A stretch of DNA of 64,000 nt from Spirochaetia bacterium (GCA_963692905.1 OY843583.1:21703-85702); one strand, 5' to 3'; positions 10,216 to 19,606 are shown, counted from the first letter of the stretch. Translations and numbers: made by a program. Notes: generated by a model not told the origin, from the letters alone.

Positions 10216-10258
10216 TTACTGACATAGTGGCAATATAGCATACAATAGCCACTATGTC
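10216..10258 (-). promoter_or_regulatory. Perfect 11-bp inverted repeat (gacatagtggc...gccactatgtc) with a 16-nt loop. It lies 16 nt upstream of the rpsO start codon and is a possible leader hairpin or operator.
   Basis: Seen directly in the sequence. The position is analogous to regulated rpsO-pnp leaders in other bacteria. Confidence 0.4.
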
Positions 10259-10276
10259 AAGCTTTTTACAGCTTTT

Positions 10277-10306
10277 TGTAAAAGAAAGTTAAAAATGTTC
10301 CTTTCC
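10277..10306. repeat. Copy of dispersed repeat module C (tgtaaaagaaagttaaaaatgttcctttcc).
   Basis: Near-identical 21-mer shared with 10608, 19733, 54236 and 54347. Confidence 0.8.
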
Positions 10307-10548
10307 TCTCGCTATACTAGAGGATTATGACTAGAGCAACAGTATGTATGTGCATCAAAGAGATAGCTCTATACAACGCCGCTATGAGACTTGCCATGCA
10401 CCAATTGCACTTTGGTATATGGTGATAAGTGACGAGAGGCGCGATAGTATGCTCTTCGCAAGAGATGCACAGGCATACAGGCCCTTGCTCTTGCCAATAA
10501 TCTCTTTTAGCAAATATGGGGTAAACACTTTTTTGTGTCTCCTAAAGA

Positions 10549-10645
10549 GCCATTAAATTATTAGATGTATATAAGGGTGTACAGAAATGAGGAATTTTGT
10601 AAAAGAAAGTTGAAAATGTCCCTTTGAAAGAACCATAAAGAGAGA
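10549..10645. repeat. Composite dispersed repeat containing modules A, B and C in order (gccattaaattattagatgtatataagggtgtaca ... tgtaaaagaaagttgaaaatgtccctttgaaagaacc).
   Basis: Module A+B is about 90% identical to 33250-33290. Module C is identical to copies at 54236 and 54347. Confidence 0.85.
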
Positions 10646-10670
10646 GGAGCAGCAGCATCTTCAGCATCTC

Positions 10671-11783
10671 CTATTGGTAGCGGCGTGGTACACGGGAGCT
10701 AATGGAGGTTAAAATCTCATAGGAGATAGTACCGCAGCGGTTGGCCAGATCGGCAGCATCTGACGCCGGTGCTTGCGCCCCAAATAGGGTAACCCGATCA
10801 TAACGCTCCACCGGGGTAATATGTCCCACATCAATCATAAGCTGATCCATACAGATCCGTCCCACAATGGGGGCCAGATAGGACTGCTGCTTGCTATTTT
10901 TGCAATGTACCGCAACATAACCATTATTGGAGAGCCGCCGCGGCAGACCATCGCCATAGCCAATGGGAAGCGTAGCAATAATAGTAGGTCTAGAGCTATG
11001 CCAGGTGCTGCCGTAAGAGATGGGGCTCTGGGCCTCCACCCGCTTAAGAAAGACAATCTGCGACTGCAACTCCATAACCGGTAGGATGCCGGGCGGTGCC
11101 TTATGCTGCGGATCAGGATGATAACCGTAAAGCATAATGCCGGGGCGTACCATATCTAAGTGATCCACGTACTGATTAATGATTGCTCCTGAATTGGCGG
11201 CGTGGCGCAGCCAGGGCCGCTTAGTGGTGGCTATCTGCCGTAGCGCCTGCTGAAATTGCTCATATTGCCAGCTGGTAGACTGGGCATCGGTAGAATTGGC
11301 ATAGTGGGTAGCAATGCCCGCTAGCTGTAGCTCTCTTTGATCATTAATATAGTCAACCAGCGCTGGCAGCTGTTGGGGGGCGGCGCCAATTCGACCCATG
11401 CCGGTATCTACTTTGAGATGTACCGCCACCCGCCTCTGCGCCCGTCGAGCAACCTGCGCCAACTCGCGACAGATCGCAATATCGCAGACAAAGGGCTGGA
11501 GATCATGCTGTACAATATCATGTAGCTCTGATGGATGAGTCAAACTGTAGAGCATAAGTGGCGCGCCAATATGGGCCTCTCGTAATATACGCGCCTCCTC
11601 TATGGTGGCCACCCCCAGTGCCGCTACCCCCTCGGCTAACAATAGACGGGCTACCTCTACCGCCCCATGTCCATAGCCATTGGCCTTAACTGCTGCGCAT
11701 ATTGGCTGTTGCGCCAGCTGGCGCACCACTGCCACATTGGCTCGCAGATGTGAAAGATGAATTATAGCCTGTGTAGCTCTCAT
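10671..11783 (-). CDS. alr: Alanine racemase.
   Basis: PLP-binding motif AVVKANGYGHG near the N-terminus and a C-terminal racemase domain of about 370 aa. Confidence 0.85.
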   Translation of the reverse strand: MRATQAIIHLSHLRANVAVVRQLAQQPICAAVKANGYGHGAVEVARLLLAEGVAALGVATIEEARILREAHIGAPLMLYSLTHPSELHDIVQHDLQPFVCDIAICRELAQVARRAQRRVAVHLKVDTGMGRIGAAPQQLPALVDYINDQRELQLAGIATHYANSTDAQSTSWQYEQFQQALRQIATTKRPWLRHAANSGAIINQYVDHLDMVRPGIMLYGYHPDPQHKAPPGILPVMELQSQIVFLKRVEAQSPISYGSTWHSSRPTIIATLPIGYGDGLPRRLSNNGYVAVHCKNSKQQSYLAPIVGRICMDQLMIDVGHITPVERYDRVTLFGAQAPASDAADLANRCGTISYEILTSISSRVPRRYQ

Positions 11784-11917
11784 AGCCCTAGCATAGCCCT
11801 AGCCTATCTAGCATAATATCGATAGCATTGTATGGTATATATGCATAGAATGCTAGGCTATTGATCGATTATGTTGGGTAGCCTCTTACTCGCCTATTGG
11901 CTATCTATTAATATACA

Positions 11918-13267
11918 ATGGAGACAGTGCGGACATCTCTCTTGGTGCTTCTCTTAGGCATGCCAATGTGGCCACTCGCTGCAGCGGATTTATGCCACAT
12001 TGAATATAGTATTCTGCTCTATCACCCGGTAGAGGGAGAGAAGGTGGAAAGAGACGAACCACAGAATGACGCCACTAGCGATATCCGATCATCCCGCATA
12101 GTGAGCGCTGTTCAAGAGGGTTTACGCCGCACGCTGCTCAACTATTTTGCGCTTCCGGTGAGAGAGCAGAGTCTGCAAAGTCCCACAAGTGAGAGAGAGG
12201 TGGATCCACAGCAACTTCCATACCTAACGGTTACCCCCACTATCTCCAGCTTGCAGATAACCAAGCCCCGCAGCGCCATTGAGCCGCCCCTAGAGGCAAC
12301 TATTGATGAGCCGCCACTAGAAGCAACTAGTGATCAAATCCGGTTAGAACTTCGCACCGTCGACCTTACTTTATCGTTAACACTCAGTTCGCCTACGACC
12401 AGCATTGCAGATGTGCAACATGAGATAGCGCTCTCGCTGAGCAATGTTTCCGATGAGGAGCTTCCGCAACAGATAGCCGCCCAACTTAGCCAGGAACTTA
12501 ATAGCTTCCTGATAGCCACTGCTGGAGAGGTTACCCGAGGACGTATTCTCTATGTTGATGGCGATTTAGTCTTTGTTTCGCTAGGGGGTAGCGATGGATT
12601 GCGTCTGGGGGATGAGCTGCTCTCAGCGGCTCTGCAAGCTCCCTCCCAGTGTCGCACTGGGGAAGACAAGGGAACTCAGCTATTCAAGGTACTAGTAGTA
12701 GAGCAGAATAATGCTACTGCTCAGCTAATAATGGGCGCACCAAATGCAGTTATCAATGAGCCACTGGAGTTAGATCGTCGATATGTGGCGTTGGAGCCCT
12801 ACGCCAGTTCGCTTATTGACCTCTCCTTTCGCTCAGCATTGGTGACCGCCGGTCTACGCATCTATCCTATAGTCGATTTTTTCATAATCCGACCCTTTGG
12901 CGCACTGGAGCTGGCAGTTCCAGTGGGAAGATCTACTACCCTTTTTCCTCTGCATCTCTATGGAGGGGTAGAGTTGAACTGGTATATTGGGCCGCTTCTC
13001 TTTTCACCGCGTATTGGAACTGGGGTAGCATTGGGCTTGGGGCTTAGCAATGGCCAGAGCTTTTTCTTTACCCACATTGGGGTTATTGGTAGCCTTACCA
13101 CATCGATTTGGCTAGTAAGAGACATAGGGCTCTCTATTGATCTGGGTTATGGCTACTGGTTTGGTATCTACAATTCACTAGATCGGGCAGCCGATAGCGC
13201 AACCGCCGATCTGTTACGGGGATATGGCGGTATACTGGTGGGAGTAGGGCTTCGATTTAAGCTATGA
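11918..13267 (+). CDS. Hypothetical secreted protein, possibly an outer-membrane beta-barrel. It contains a tandem peptide repeat (IEPPLEATIDEPPLEATSD).
   Basis: N-terminal signal peptide. The C-terminal 170 aa are rich in Gly and aromatic residues with alternating hydrophobic residues, ending GVGLRFKL. It overlaps the mnmE start by 4 nt (ATGA). Confidence 0.45.
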   Translation: METVRTSLLVLLLGMPMWPLAAADLCHIEYSILLYHPVEGEKVERDEPQNDATSDIRSSRIVSAVQEGLRRTLLNYFALPVREQSLQSPTSEREVDPQQLPYLTVTPTISSLQITKPRSAIEPPLEATIDEPPLEATSDQIRLELRTVDLTLSLTLSSPTTSIADVQHEIALSLSNVSDEELPQQIAAQLSQELNSFLIATAGEVTRGRILYVDGDLVFVSLGGSDGLRLGDELLSAALQAPSQCRTGEDKGTQLFKVLVVEQNNATAQLIMGAPNAVINEPLELDRRYVALEPYASSLIDLSFRSALVTAGLRIYPIVDFFIIRPFGALELAVPVGRSTTLFPLHLYGGVELNWYIGPLLFSPRIGTGVALGLGLSNGQSFFFTHIGVIGSLTTSIWLVRDIGLSIDLGYGYWFGIYNSLDRAADSATADLLRGYGGILVGVGLRFKL

Positions 13268-14688
13268 ATGCTATCCCACAGCAGCCTCCCATCATTGCGC
13301 TAGCAACACCCTGGGGGAGAAGCGCCATTGCCCTGTTGCGCATTAGTGGCCGGGGTTGTATTGAGGAATTTGCAAAGCTCTTCTCTCCCGCGCAGAAACT
13401 GCAGCAGGCGCCGGCCAATTCTCTCACAGTGGGAACCATCTATAATCCCCAAGATGGTCTGCGCATTGATCAGGTAGTGGTAGCGCTGTACCGCTCACCA
13501 CACAGCTACACTGGAGAGGATGCGCTAGAGATTAACTGTCATGGCAGTCCGGTAGGTATACGCAAGATATTGGCGCTCTGTTATGCCCACGGTTTTCGGG
13601 CAGCGGCAGCGGGAGAGTTTACCCATCGGGCGCTGTTGGCCGGCAAAATGGACCTTACCCAAGCCGAGGCAGTACAGGAGATTATTGAAGCTCGTAGTAT
13701 GCAGGCCCATAGTCATGCTTTTCATCGCTTAGCGGGCACGCTCAGTGCCAGCATTATCCAGGTAGTAGAACAGATAAAAAATTTATTAGCGGCAATTAAT
13801 ATCCAGTTAGATTATCCGCAAGAGGAGAGCGCTGATATTCATTTTGACAATCAAGTGCTGACTAGCTCCATTAGACAACTGGCCGAGATCGAGAGAAGTT
13901 ATCAATATGGCTGTCTCTCTCAGGAGGGACTAGCCGTGGTGCTTACTGGCGCTGTAAATGCCGGTAAATCATCGCTCTTTAATCTATTGTTAGGTGAAGA
14001 GCGGGCATTGATTGCCAAGAGCCCTGGCACCACCCGTGATTATCTAGAGGGTCACCTAGAGATCGCGGGGATCCCCATACGGCTCTATGACACTGCCGGC
14101 CTGCGAAGCAATTCGGCAAAGGTGGAGGAGGAGGGAATCCGACGGGGTATGGAATTGGCGCGCAATGCGCATATTCGACTCCAAGTGATTGATATTATTG
14201 CTATGAATGATGCTCAGCAAGAGGAGCATATACTGCAGCAGCCTAGGGCCGAGGAAGATGCTAATAAAACTGAGCGTACGCTAGCGCTTACCCTCTATAA
14301 CAAAATTGATCGCGCCACTCCCCAACAGCTACAGTCCATTCCTGAGGGGGCCCTGGCCATTAGCGCCACCCACGGTCAGGGAATAACACATCTAATGGAA
14401 AAAATACGGCAGCTTATCCAGCAGCAATGGGGAGGCGCCCCTGACCGAACTGCACCGGCCGGGAAGGCGCAGGTGGCGCCCATTGTCTCTGAGAGACAGC
14501 ATGCATTGATGAAGCGGGCCTTAGCGGCGCTGCGTCGAGTGGAGCGGGAAAGCGAGAGAGGTCTCTCAGCCGATATGCTGGCACTTGATCTACAGGAGGC
14601 GCTGCAAGCCTTAGGCGAAATAACTGGCGAAGTCACCACCGAAGAGATATTGGACACTATGTTTAGTCGCTTTTGTGTAGGGAAATAG
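13264..14688 (+). CDS. mnmE: tRNA modification GTPase MnmE (TrmE).
   Basis: G domain motifs GAVNAGKSSLFN and DTAGLR, and the C-terminal CVGK tetrapeptide. Confidence 0.9.
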   Translation: MNAIPQQPPIIALATPWGRSAIALLRISGRGCIEEFAKLFSPAQKLQQAPANSLTVGTIYNPQDGLRIDQVVVALYRSPHSYTGEDALEINCHGSPVGIRKILALCYAHGFRAAAAGEFTHRALLAGKMDLTQAEAVQEIIEARSMQAHSHAFHRLAGTLSASIIQVVEQIKNLLAAINIQLDYPQEESADIHFDNQVLTSSIRQLAEIERSYQYGCLSQEGLAVVLTGAVNAGKSSLFNLLLGEERALIAKSPGTTRDYLEGHLEIAGIPIRLYDTAGLRSNSAKVEEEGIRRGMELARNAHIRLQVIDIIAMNDAQQEEHILQQPRAEEDANKTERTLALTLYNKIDRATPQQLQSIPEGALAISATHGQGITHLMEKIRQLIQQQWGGAPDRTAPAGKAQVAPIVSERQHALMKRALAALRRVERESERGLSADMLALDLQEALQALGEITGEVTTEEILDTMFSRFCVGK

Positions 14689-14710
14689 CTAATGCTCTAT
14701 CAATGTGCTA

Positions 14711-15754
14711 TCAATGTGCTGTCAATGTGCTATGAGGAAAGCTGCTTCGGGAATGGACCTCCCAGCTAGTATTATCGCGGTATGATCGGGGATAGTCCTG
14801 CAGCTGTGGATGATGGTCAGCCAGCGCCGCCACCATGGCGCCATTATCGCTACAGAGAGAGGCGCTAGGGCAAAAAGTGGTATAGCGAGCGCGGGAATTG
14901 AGCGCCGCGCGCAGGGCGGAGTTTGCGGCTACACCACCGCCCATAACTAGGGTTGATAATCCGGTCAGTGCCGCCGCGTTATCAAAGGCCTTCACCAGCA
15001 TATTTATGGCTGCCTGCTGAAGAGCCGCGCAGATATTTTCTGTGCTCTGAGGAAATCTGTGGTTCCAAAAGCTGTCCCGCTGATGTATGACGGCGCTCTT
15101 AAGACCAGAGAAAGAGAGGTCACATCTATTTTTGAGGCCAGCAGAGGGAAAGGCGGCGGCCTGAGCGCTACCCGATTGAGCCTGTTGCTCTATGGCCGGG
15201 CCACCGGGGTAGCCTAATCCTAGATGAACCGCAACTTTATCAAAGAGCTCACCACAGGCATCATCAATTGTGCCTCCTAGCAATTCGAAATGAAAAGGGT
15301 CGACGCTAATACCTATCAAGCTATGTCCGCCAGAGATAACCGCGCCTAAATAGGGATAGGGGACTCTCTGCTCTATCTGTATGGCATACAGGTGCGCCAA
15401 AATATGGTTAATGGCTACTACCGGAATATGCCACGCGTAGGCTAACGACCTAGCAAAGGAGAGACCCACCATAAGCGAGCCGCTAAGACCCGGTTCGGTG
15501 GTAACTGCGATGGCCGCTATCTGCTCTTGCTTAAGGGCTGCCTGATGCATAAGCGCCCGAAAGCTATCCAAAATAGTCGCTACATGGGCCCGGGAGGCCA
15601 ATTCAGGCACTACACCATGATAGGGGGCATGGATGGCGATCTGTGTGGCAGTTACTTGGGCAATGAGGGTTGTGCCATTCTCAATCAGCGCCAAGGAACA
15701 TTCATCACATGAACTTTCAATTCCTAAAATTATCATGATTAGCGATATAGTCAA
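14711..15754 (-). CDS. tsaD: tRNA N6-adenosine threonylcarbamoyltransferase TsaD.
   Basis: ILGIESSCDECSLAL N-terminus and a Kae1/Gcp family fold. The start is probably the internal Met at 15736. Confidence 0.85.
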   Translation of the reverse strand: MTISLIMIILGIESSCDECSLALIENGTTLIAQVTATQIAIHAPYHGVVPELASRAHVATILDSFRALMHQAALKQEQIAAIAVTTEPGLSGSLMVGLSFARSLAYAWHIPVVAINHILAHLYAIQIEQRVPYPYLGAVISGGHSLIGISVDPFHFELLGGTIDDACGELFDKVAVHLGLGYPGGPAIEQQAQSGSAQAAAFPSAGLKNRCDLSFSGLKSAVIHQRDSFWNHRFPQSTENICAALQQAAINMLVKAFDNAAALTGLSTLVMGGGVAANSALRAALNSRARYTTFCPSASLCSDNGAMVAALADHHPQLQDYPRSYRDNTSWEVHSRSSFPHSTLTAH

Positions 15755-16694
15755 AGGTTACCTGTTGGGCATCGCTACTCTGGACATAGTTGGCTATTAT
15801 CCTAGCAGTAGCTTTCACACTTACATGCCCAATCAGTATCGCCTCGCCATTGGTGAGAGCCTGCGCAGCTCCCTTGGCAAGCGCCATCGCAATAGACTGA
15901 GGTTGCGTGACATGATCCAGAAAGAAATGCCGTTCCAAATAGGCCAATCCAATTTCATCAGCCATGTCGCGTCGAATGGTGTTGGCTGAGGTGAGAGAGT
16001 TCACAAAAAAGAGATCTTGGACTTTGAGCTGCTTAAAGAGTATACGCATTATTCGCTCGTCGCTGGAGGCACGTGATCCCATGTGATTATTCACTCCCTG
16101 AATGTTGGGCAAACTAGCAGTCATGGCCATAATTTTGTCCCGTATAACTTGATCACTATCTGAAACTAGAATGGCTTGCGGATCGGTAAGTGATCTATCA
16201 AGGGGCTCCATAGGAAGGTGGAGAATGTATTGGTGACCATGTTGCGCAATAAGCTGTACAGCACTTAATGAATGTTCCAAATTGGGAAGAATAGCAAAGG
16301 TAAGGGGGATATCCAGCGCTAAAAATTGCGAGAGATCTTCCAAGCTATAGCCTACATCATCAATAATTACAAATAACTTGGCCCCTTGCTCGGAAGGGGT
16401 TACCTCTGATGGGGAATCTCTCTCCACGGTAGAAGAGCCATCTTGGGTAAATGTAGGGGTGCTCGGTGAAGATTCGGGAATTGATGGTCGAGGTACACTA
16501 GCTAGCGCCTGGCTTGGGCGCTCAGCATTATCTGGGGTTGCCTCAGCTTCTAGGGCATCAGTCATAGCCGGGTCAGTACTCTGACTAGCAGTCCGTTCCC
16601 ACACTGGAGCGCGCTGACCAATAATCAGCAATAGAGTACCCAAACTCAGCGCCATCATGATGATCGCAGCAGGTATTATCGCCCTTGAATGCAT
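15717..16694 (-). CDS. Divergent polysaccharide deacetylase family protein (YibQ-like), predicted to be exported.
   Basis: Motifs IIDDVGY, LHLPME and NNHMGSR, with an N-terminal TM/signal segment and a Pro/Ser/Thr-rich linker. Confidence 0.6.
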   Translation of the reverse strand: MHSRAIIPAAIIMMALSLGTLLLIIGQRAPVWERTASQSTDPAMTDALEAEATPDNAERPSQALASVPRPSIPESSPSTPTFTQDGSSTVERDSPSEVTPSEQGAKLFVIIDDVGYSLEDLSQFLALDIPLTFAILPNLEHSLSAVQLIAQHGHQYILHLPMEPLDRSLTDPQAILVSDSDQVIRDKIMAMTASLPNIQGVNNHMGSRASSDERIMRILFKQLKVQDLFFVNSLTSANTIRRDMADEIGLAYLERHFFLDHVTQPQSIAMALAKGAAQALTNGEAILIGHVSVKATARIIANYVQSSDAQQVTFDYIANHDNFRN

Positions 16695-16706
16695 TAATGG
16701 TTTCAG

Positions 16707-17510
16707 TTATATAAACCCCTTTGTCAATTTCCGCATCTTACGCAGCGCGCTATCAAGATTTTTCCGCACCTCATATTCACTAAGCTGAAGCTTCTCGCCT
16801 ATATCCTTTAAGGTAACTCTGGTTAGAGGGTTGAAGCGTAGCTCTATTACCCTTCTTTCATCCTCGTTGAGGGCATTAATAGCATTATCTACCGTCTCTT
16901 TCAGTGCTTTGTGGAGCAACTGCTGCTCGGGATTCAATGCACTATCGGCTTTAATTTGCTCGATAATATCCTCATCTTGATCTTCTAATCGGTTTTCAGC
17001 CGGGATTTTTGCCTCATGTATGGCGCTCTGGGTAATTTTTTTAAGCGGTACATTCATATATTCAGCTATTTCTGCATCACTAGGAGCTCGTCCCAACTGT
17101 TGGTTGAATAGAAAAAAGATCTCTTGAACACCTCTAATGGTCTGCTGTACATTCCTAGGAAGGCGAATCAGCTTATGATTTTTCTCTAAAAAATCCTGAA
17201 TGGCCCTGCGTATCCACCATACCGCATAGGTGTTCAATCGTAAGTTGCGTTCCAATTCAAAATGATCAATGGCTTGAATAAGACCTATATGCCCCTCCTG
17301 CAATATATCGGCCATTATCTCGCCGCTAAGCCGATAGCGACGGGCAATCATCAGTACCAAATAAATATTAGACTCAATCAGCTTCACCTTAGCCTGCTCA
17401 TTGCCCTGGAGCGTCACCTTTATTAGATGATACTCCTCCGACTTCGTTAAGCGAGGGGCCCGATGGGCACGTTTAGCGTAGTCCGCTAAAATTTCGCTGT
17501 AGGTACTCAT
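16707..17510 (-). CDS. Sigma-70 family RNA polymerase sigma factor (RpoS-like or FliA-like) adjacent to flagellar rod genes.
   Basis: Region 2 (ILQEGHIGLIQAIDHF, NTYAVWWIRRAI) and region 4 HTH (VTLKDIGEKLQLSEYEVRKNLDSALRKMR). Length 267 aa. Confidence 0.75.
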   Translation of the reverse strand: MSTYSEILADYAKRAHRAPRLTKSEEYHLIKVTLQGNEQAKVKLIESNIYLVLMIARRYRLSGEIMADILQEGHIGLIQAIDHFELERNLRLNTYAVWWIRRAIQDFLEKNHKLIRLPRNVQQTIRGVQEIFFLFNQQLGRAPSDAEIAEYMNVPLKKITQSAIHEAKIPAENRLEDQDEDIIEQIKADSALNPEQQLLHKALKETVDNAINALNEDERRVIELRFNPLTRVTLKDIGEKLQLSEYEVRKNLDSALRKMRKLTKGFI

Positions 17511-17630
17511 CAGATAAACAATCTATTATTGATAAGCGCGCGTTGTATTAACATTTTAAATTACCTCCTAGACCTTAAAACAGATTTGCTATCTTTTCAA
17601 GCCGTTGGCCGGCGATGGTGAGGTTATGCG

Positions 17631-17942
17631 TTAACGTAGCTGTTCGTAGATCAACCTATCTATTCCCAAATTTCCACTATGGGCTAGCATAGTAGCATAC
17701 TCTCGATAGAGGAAGTCTTCAAATATCTCTTGAGAGAGACCGCCATGGAGTGGATTATCTTGATGGTGAACGGTAGTACGCATGGCATTAAGCATCTGCT
17801 CAATCAGTAGCGAACTAAAATCTCGGCTAGTCTCCAATAGCTGATCGGTACTAGGCACTGGAGTTGATAGGCGGGAATTAGCGACCTCAGTAACAGTGGT
17901 GGGGCTTAAGTGGGGGTTTGGACTAGCAGACGATTCAATCAT
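17631..17942 (-). CDS. Rod-binding protein (FlgJ N-terminal domain-like).
   Basis: The core FSSLLIEQMLNAMRTT resembles the FlgJ N-terminal rod-binding domain. It overlaps the flgG stop by 4 nt. Confidence 0.55.
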   Translation of the reverse strand: MIESSASPNPHLSPTTVTEVANSRLSTPVPSTDQLLETSRDFSSLLIEQMLNAMRTTVHHQDNPLHGGLSQEIFEDFLYREYATMLAHSGNLGIDRLIYEQLR

Positions 17943-18733
17943 CGCTTAAGTCCATTGGCTATGCCTAACATGGTATCCGAAGTTTGAATGGCCCGTGAGT
18001 TAAGTTCGTAGGCTCGCTGGGCTACAATCATATTTACTAACTCGGTAACTACCTGCACATTGGATAGCTCCAAGAATCTATGGAGCACTATGCCGTTCCC
18101 ATTCAGACCGGGACTATTGGCAATAGCTGCTCCCGATGCGGGACTCTCTTGAAATACATTCTCGCCAATTGCGGTGAGACCCGCTGGATTAACAAAGCGA
18201 TACAGTTGTAGCTGTCCTATCTGAATTGGCTCGCTCTCGTCTGCTATACGAACAGTTGTCTCGCCATTTTGCGCTATACTAAGTGACTCGCGTACTGCAT
18301 CTTCGGGGAGTACCGTCTCTGGCTGCAGGCGATAGCCATTAGAATTTACTAGTTGCCCAGCGGCATCTATTTTAAAGCTCCCATCTCGGGTATAGGCAAA
18401 ACTGCCATCGGCAAGCAGGAGGCGAAAAAACCCTTCGCCTTCGATTGCTACATCGCCTACCTGACCAGTCTGTCGCAGGCTTCCCTGCTCAAAGATCTTT
18501 TGGGTTGCTGCGGGACGTACCCCATGTCCTACCTGTACCCCGACCGGTACTATGGTCTCCTCAGTAGCCGGAGTCCCCGCATTAAGATGGGTCTGATAGA
18601 GAAGGTCCTCAAAATCGGCTCGATTGCGCTTAAAACCGGTAGTATTGACATTCGAGAGATTGTTAGATATGGTATCAATGTTAAATTGTTGCCCAATCAT
18701 GCCGGAGGCTGCAGTCCATAATGAGCGTACCAT
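17939..18733 (-). CDS. flgG: Flagellar basal-body rod protein FlgG.
   Basis: N-terminus MVRSLWTAASGMIGQQFNIDTISNNLSNVNTTGFKR and the conserved C-terminal rod domain. Length 264 aa. Confidence 0.85.
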   Translation of the reverse strand: MVRSLWTAASGMIGQQFNIDTISNNLSNVNTTGFKRNRADFEDLLYQTHLNAGTPATEETIVPVGVQVGHGVRPAATQKIFEQGSLRQTGQVGDVAIEGEGFFRLLLADGSFAYTRDGSFKIDAAGQLVNSNGYRLQPETVLPEDAVRESLSIAQNGETTVRIADESEPIQIGQLQLYRFVNPAGLTAIGENVFQESPASGAAIANSPGLNGNGIVLHRFLELSNVQVVTELVNMIVAQRAYELNSRAIQTSDTMLGIANGLKR

Positions 18734-18751
18734 AATCTATACCATTCCCGC

Positions 18752-19606
18752 CTAACGCAATACCTGTCGTAGCAACTGCACTGTGCTCTCATCATGTGCC
18801 TGTATTACTCGTTGGCTGGCCTCATAGGCTCGATTAACCTCAATCATACGTACCATTTCGGTAACCGGATTAACATTTGCGGTCTCTAGAAATCCCTGCT
18901 GTATCTTTGGGCCCTCCTCAATCGTCACCGCCTCACCAGAATCTTCGGTGGTTCTCCATAGGCTGGAGCCCTGCTTTTGTAGATAGCGCGGGCGAGGCAC
19001 TCCCACAACACGCAGAGTATCCAACAGATCTTCAGATCGCCAGTCGTTCTCTCTCCGAGAGACCAAACGAAAAGGGTCATCTTGAAAGTCGTTGTTAACA
19101 TAGATGGCGCCGCGAGAATCAACATAAAAATTATTAAGCTTGATCGGTATTCGGCCATTCTCACCTAGCACCGGATAGCCCTCCTTGGTAACCAGAAGAC
19201 TCTCTGGTCCAAGATGGAAACTACCATTACGGGTATAGCGCTCGCCATCGGGGGTCTCTACTACAAAGAAGCCCTCCCCCTCTAAGGCGAAGTCAAATAC
19301 ATTCTCGGTTTGACGCAGGCTGCCCTGCTCAAAAACAGTATATATCTCATTTTGCTCCACCCCAGTGCCCAATCGACCTACCACCGGTGCGCTATCTACT
19401 GATCCCCAACGTCCATCACTATGGGGAATGGTACGCAAACCGTCATCATTAAAGCGTCTAATAAGAATCTCGGGAAAGGCCTTGTGTATTGAAAGATCGC
19501 GCTTATAGCCACTGGTATTCACATTGGCCAAGTTGTTGGCTAAGGCATCCAGTCGCCGTTGTTGCGCTAACATCCCGCTAGCAGCGGTATACCATCCCCG
19601 TACCAT
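18752..19606 (-). CDS. Flagellar basal-body rod protein, FlgF or a FlgG paralog.
   Basis: N-terminus MVRGWYTAASGMLAQQRRLDALANNLANVNTSGYKR and a C-terminal GFLETANVN. It is adjacent to flgG. Confidence 0.75.
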   Translation of the reverse strand: MVRGWYTAASGMLAQQRRLDALANNLANVNTSGYKRDLSIHKAFPEILIRRFNDDGLRTIPHSDGRWGSVDSAPVVGRLGTGVEQNEIYTVFEQGSLRQTENVFDFALEGEGFFVVETPDGERYTRNGSFHLGPESLLVTKEGYPVLGENGRIPIKLNNFYVDSRGAIYVNNDFQDDPFRLVSRRENDWRSEDLLDTLRVVGVPRPRYLQKQGSSLWRTTEDSGEAVTIEEGPKIQQGFLETANVNPVTEMVRMIEVNRAYEASQRVIQAHDESTVQLLRQVLR

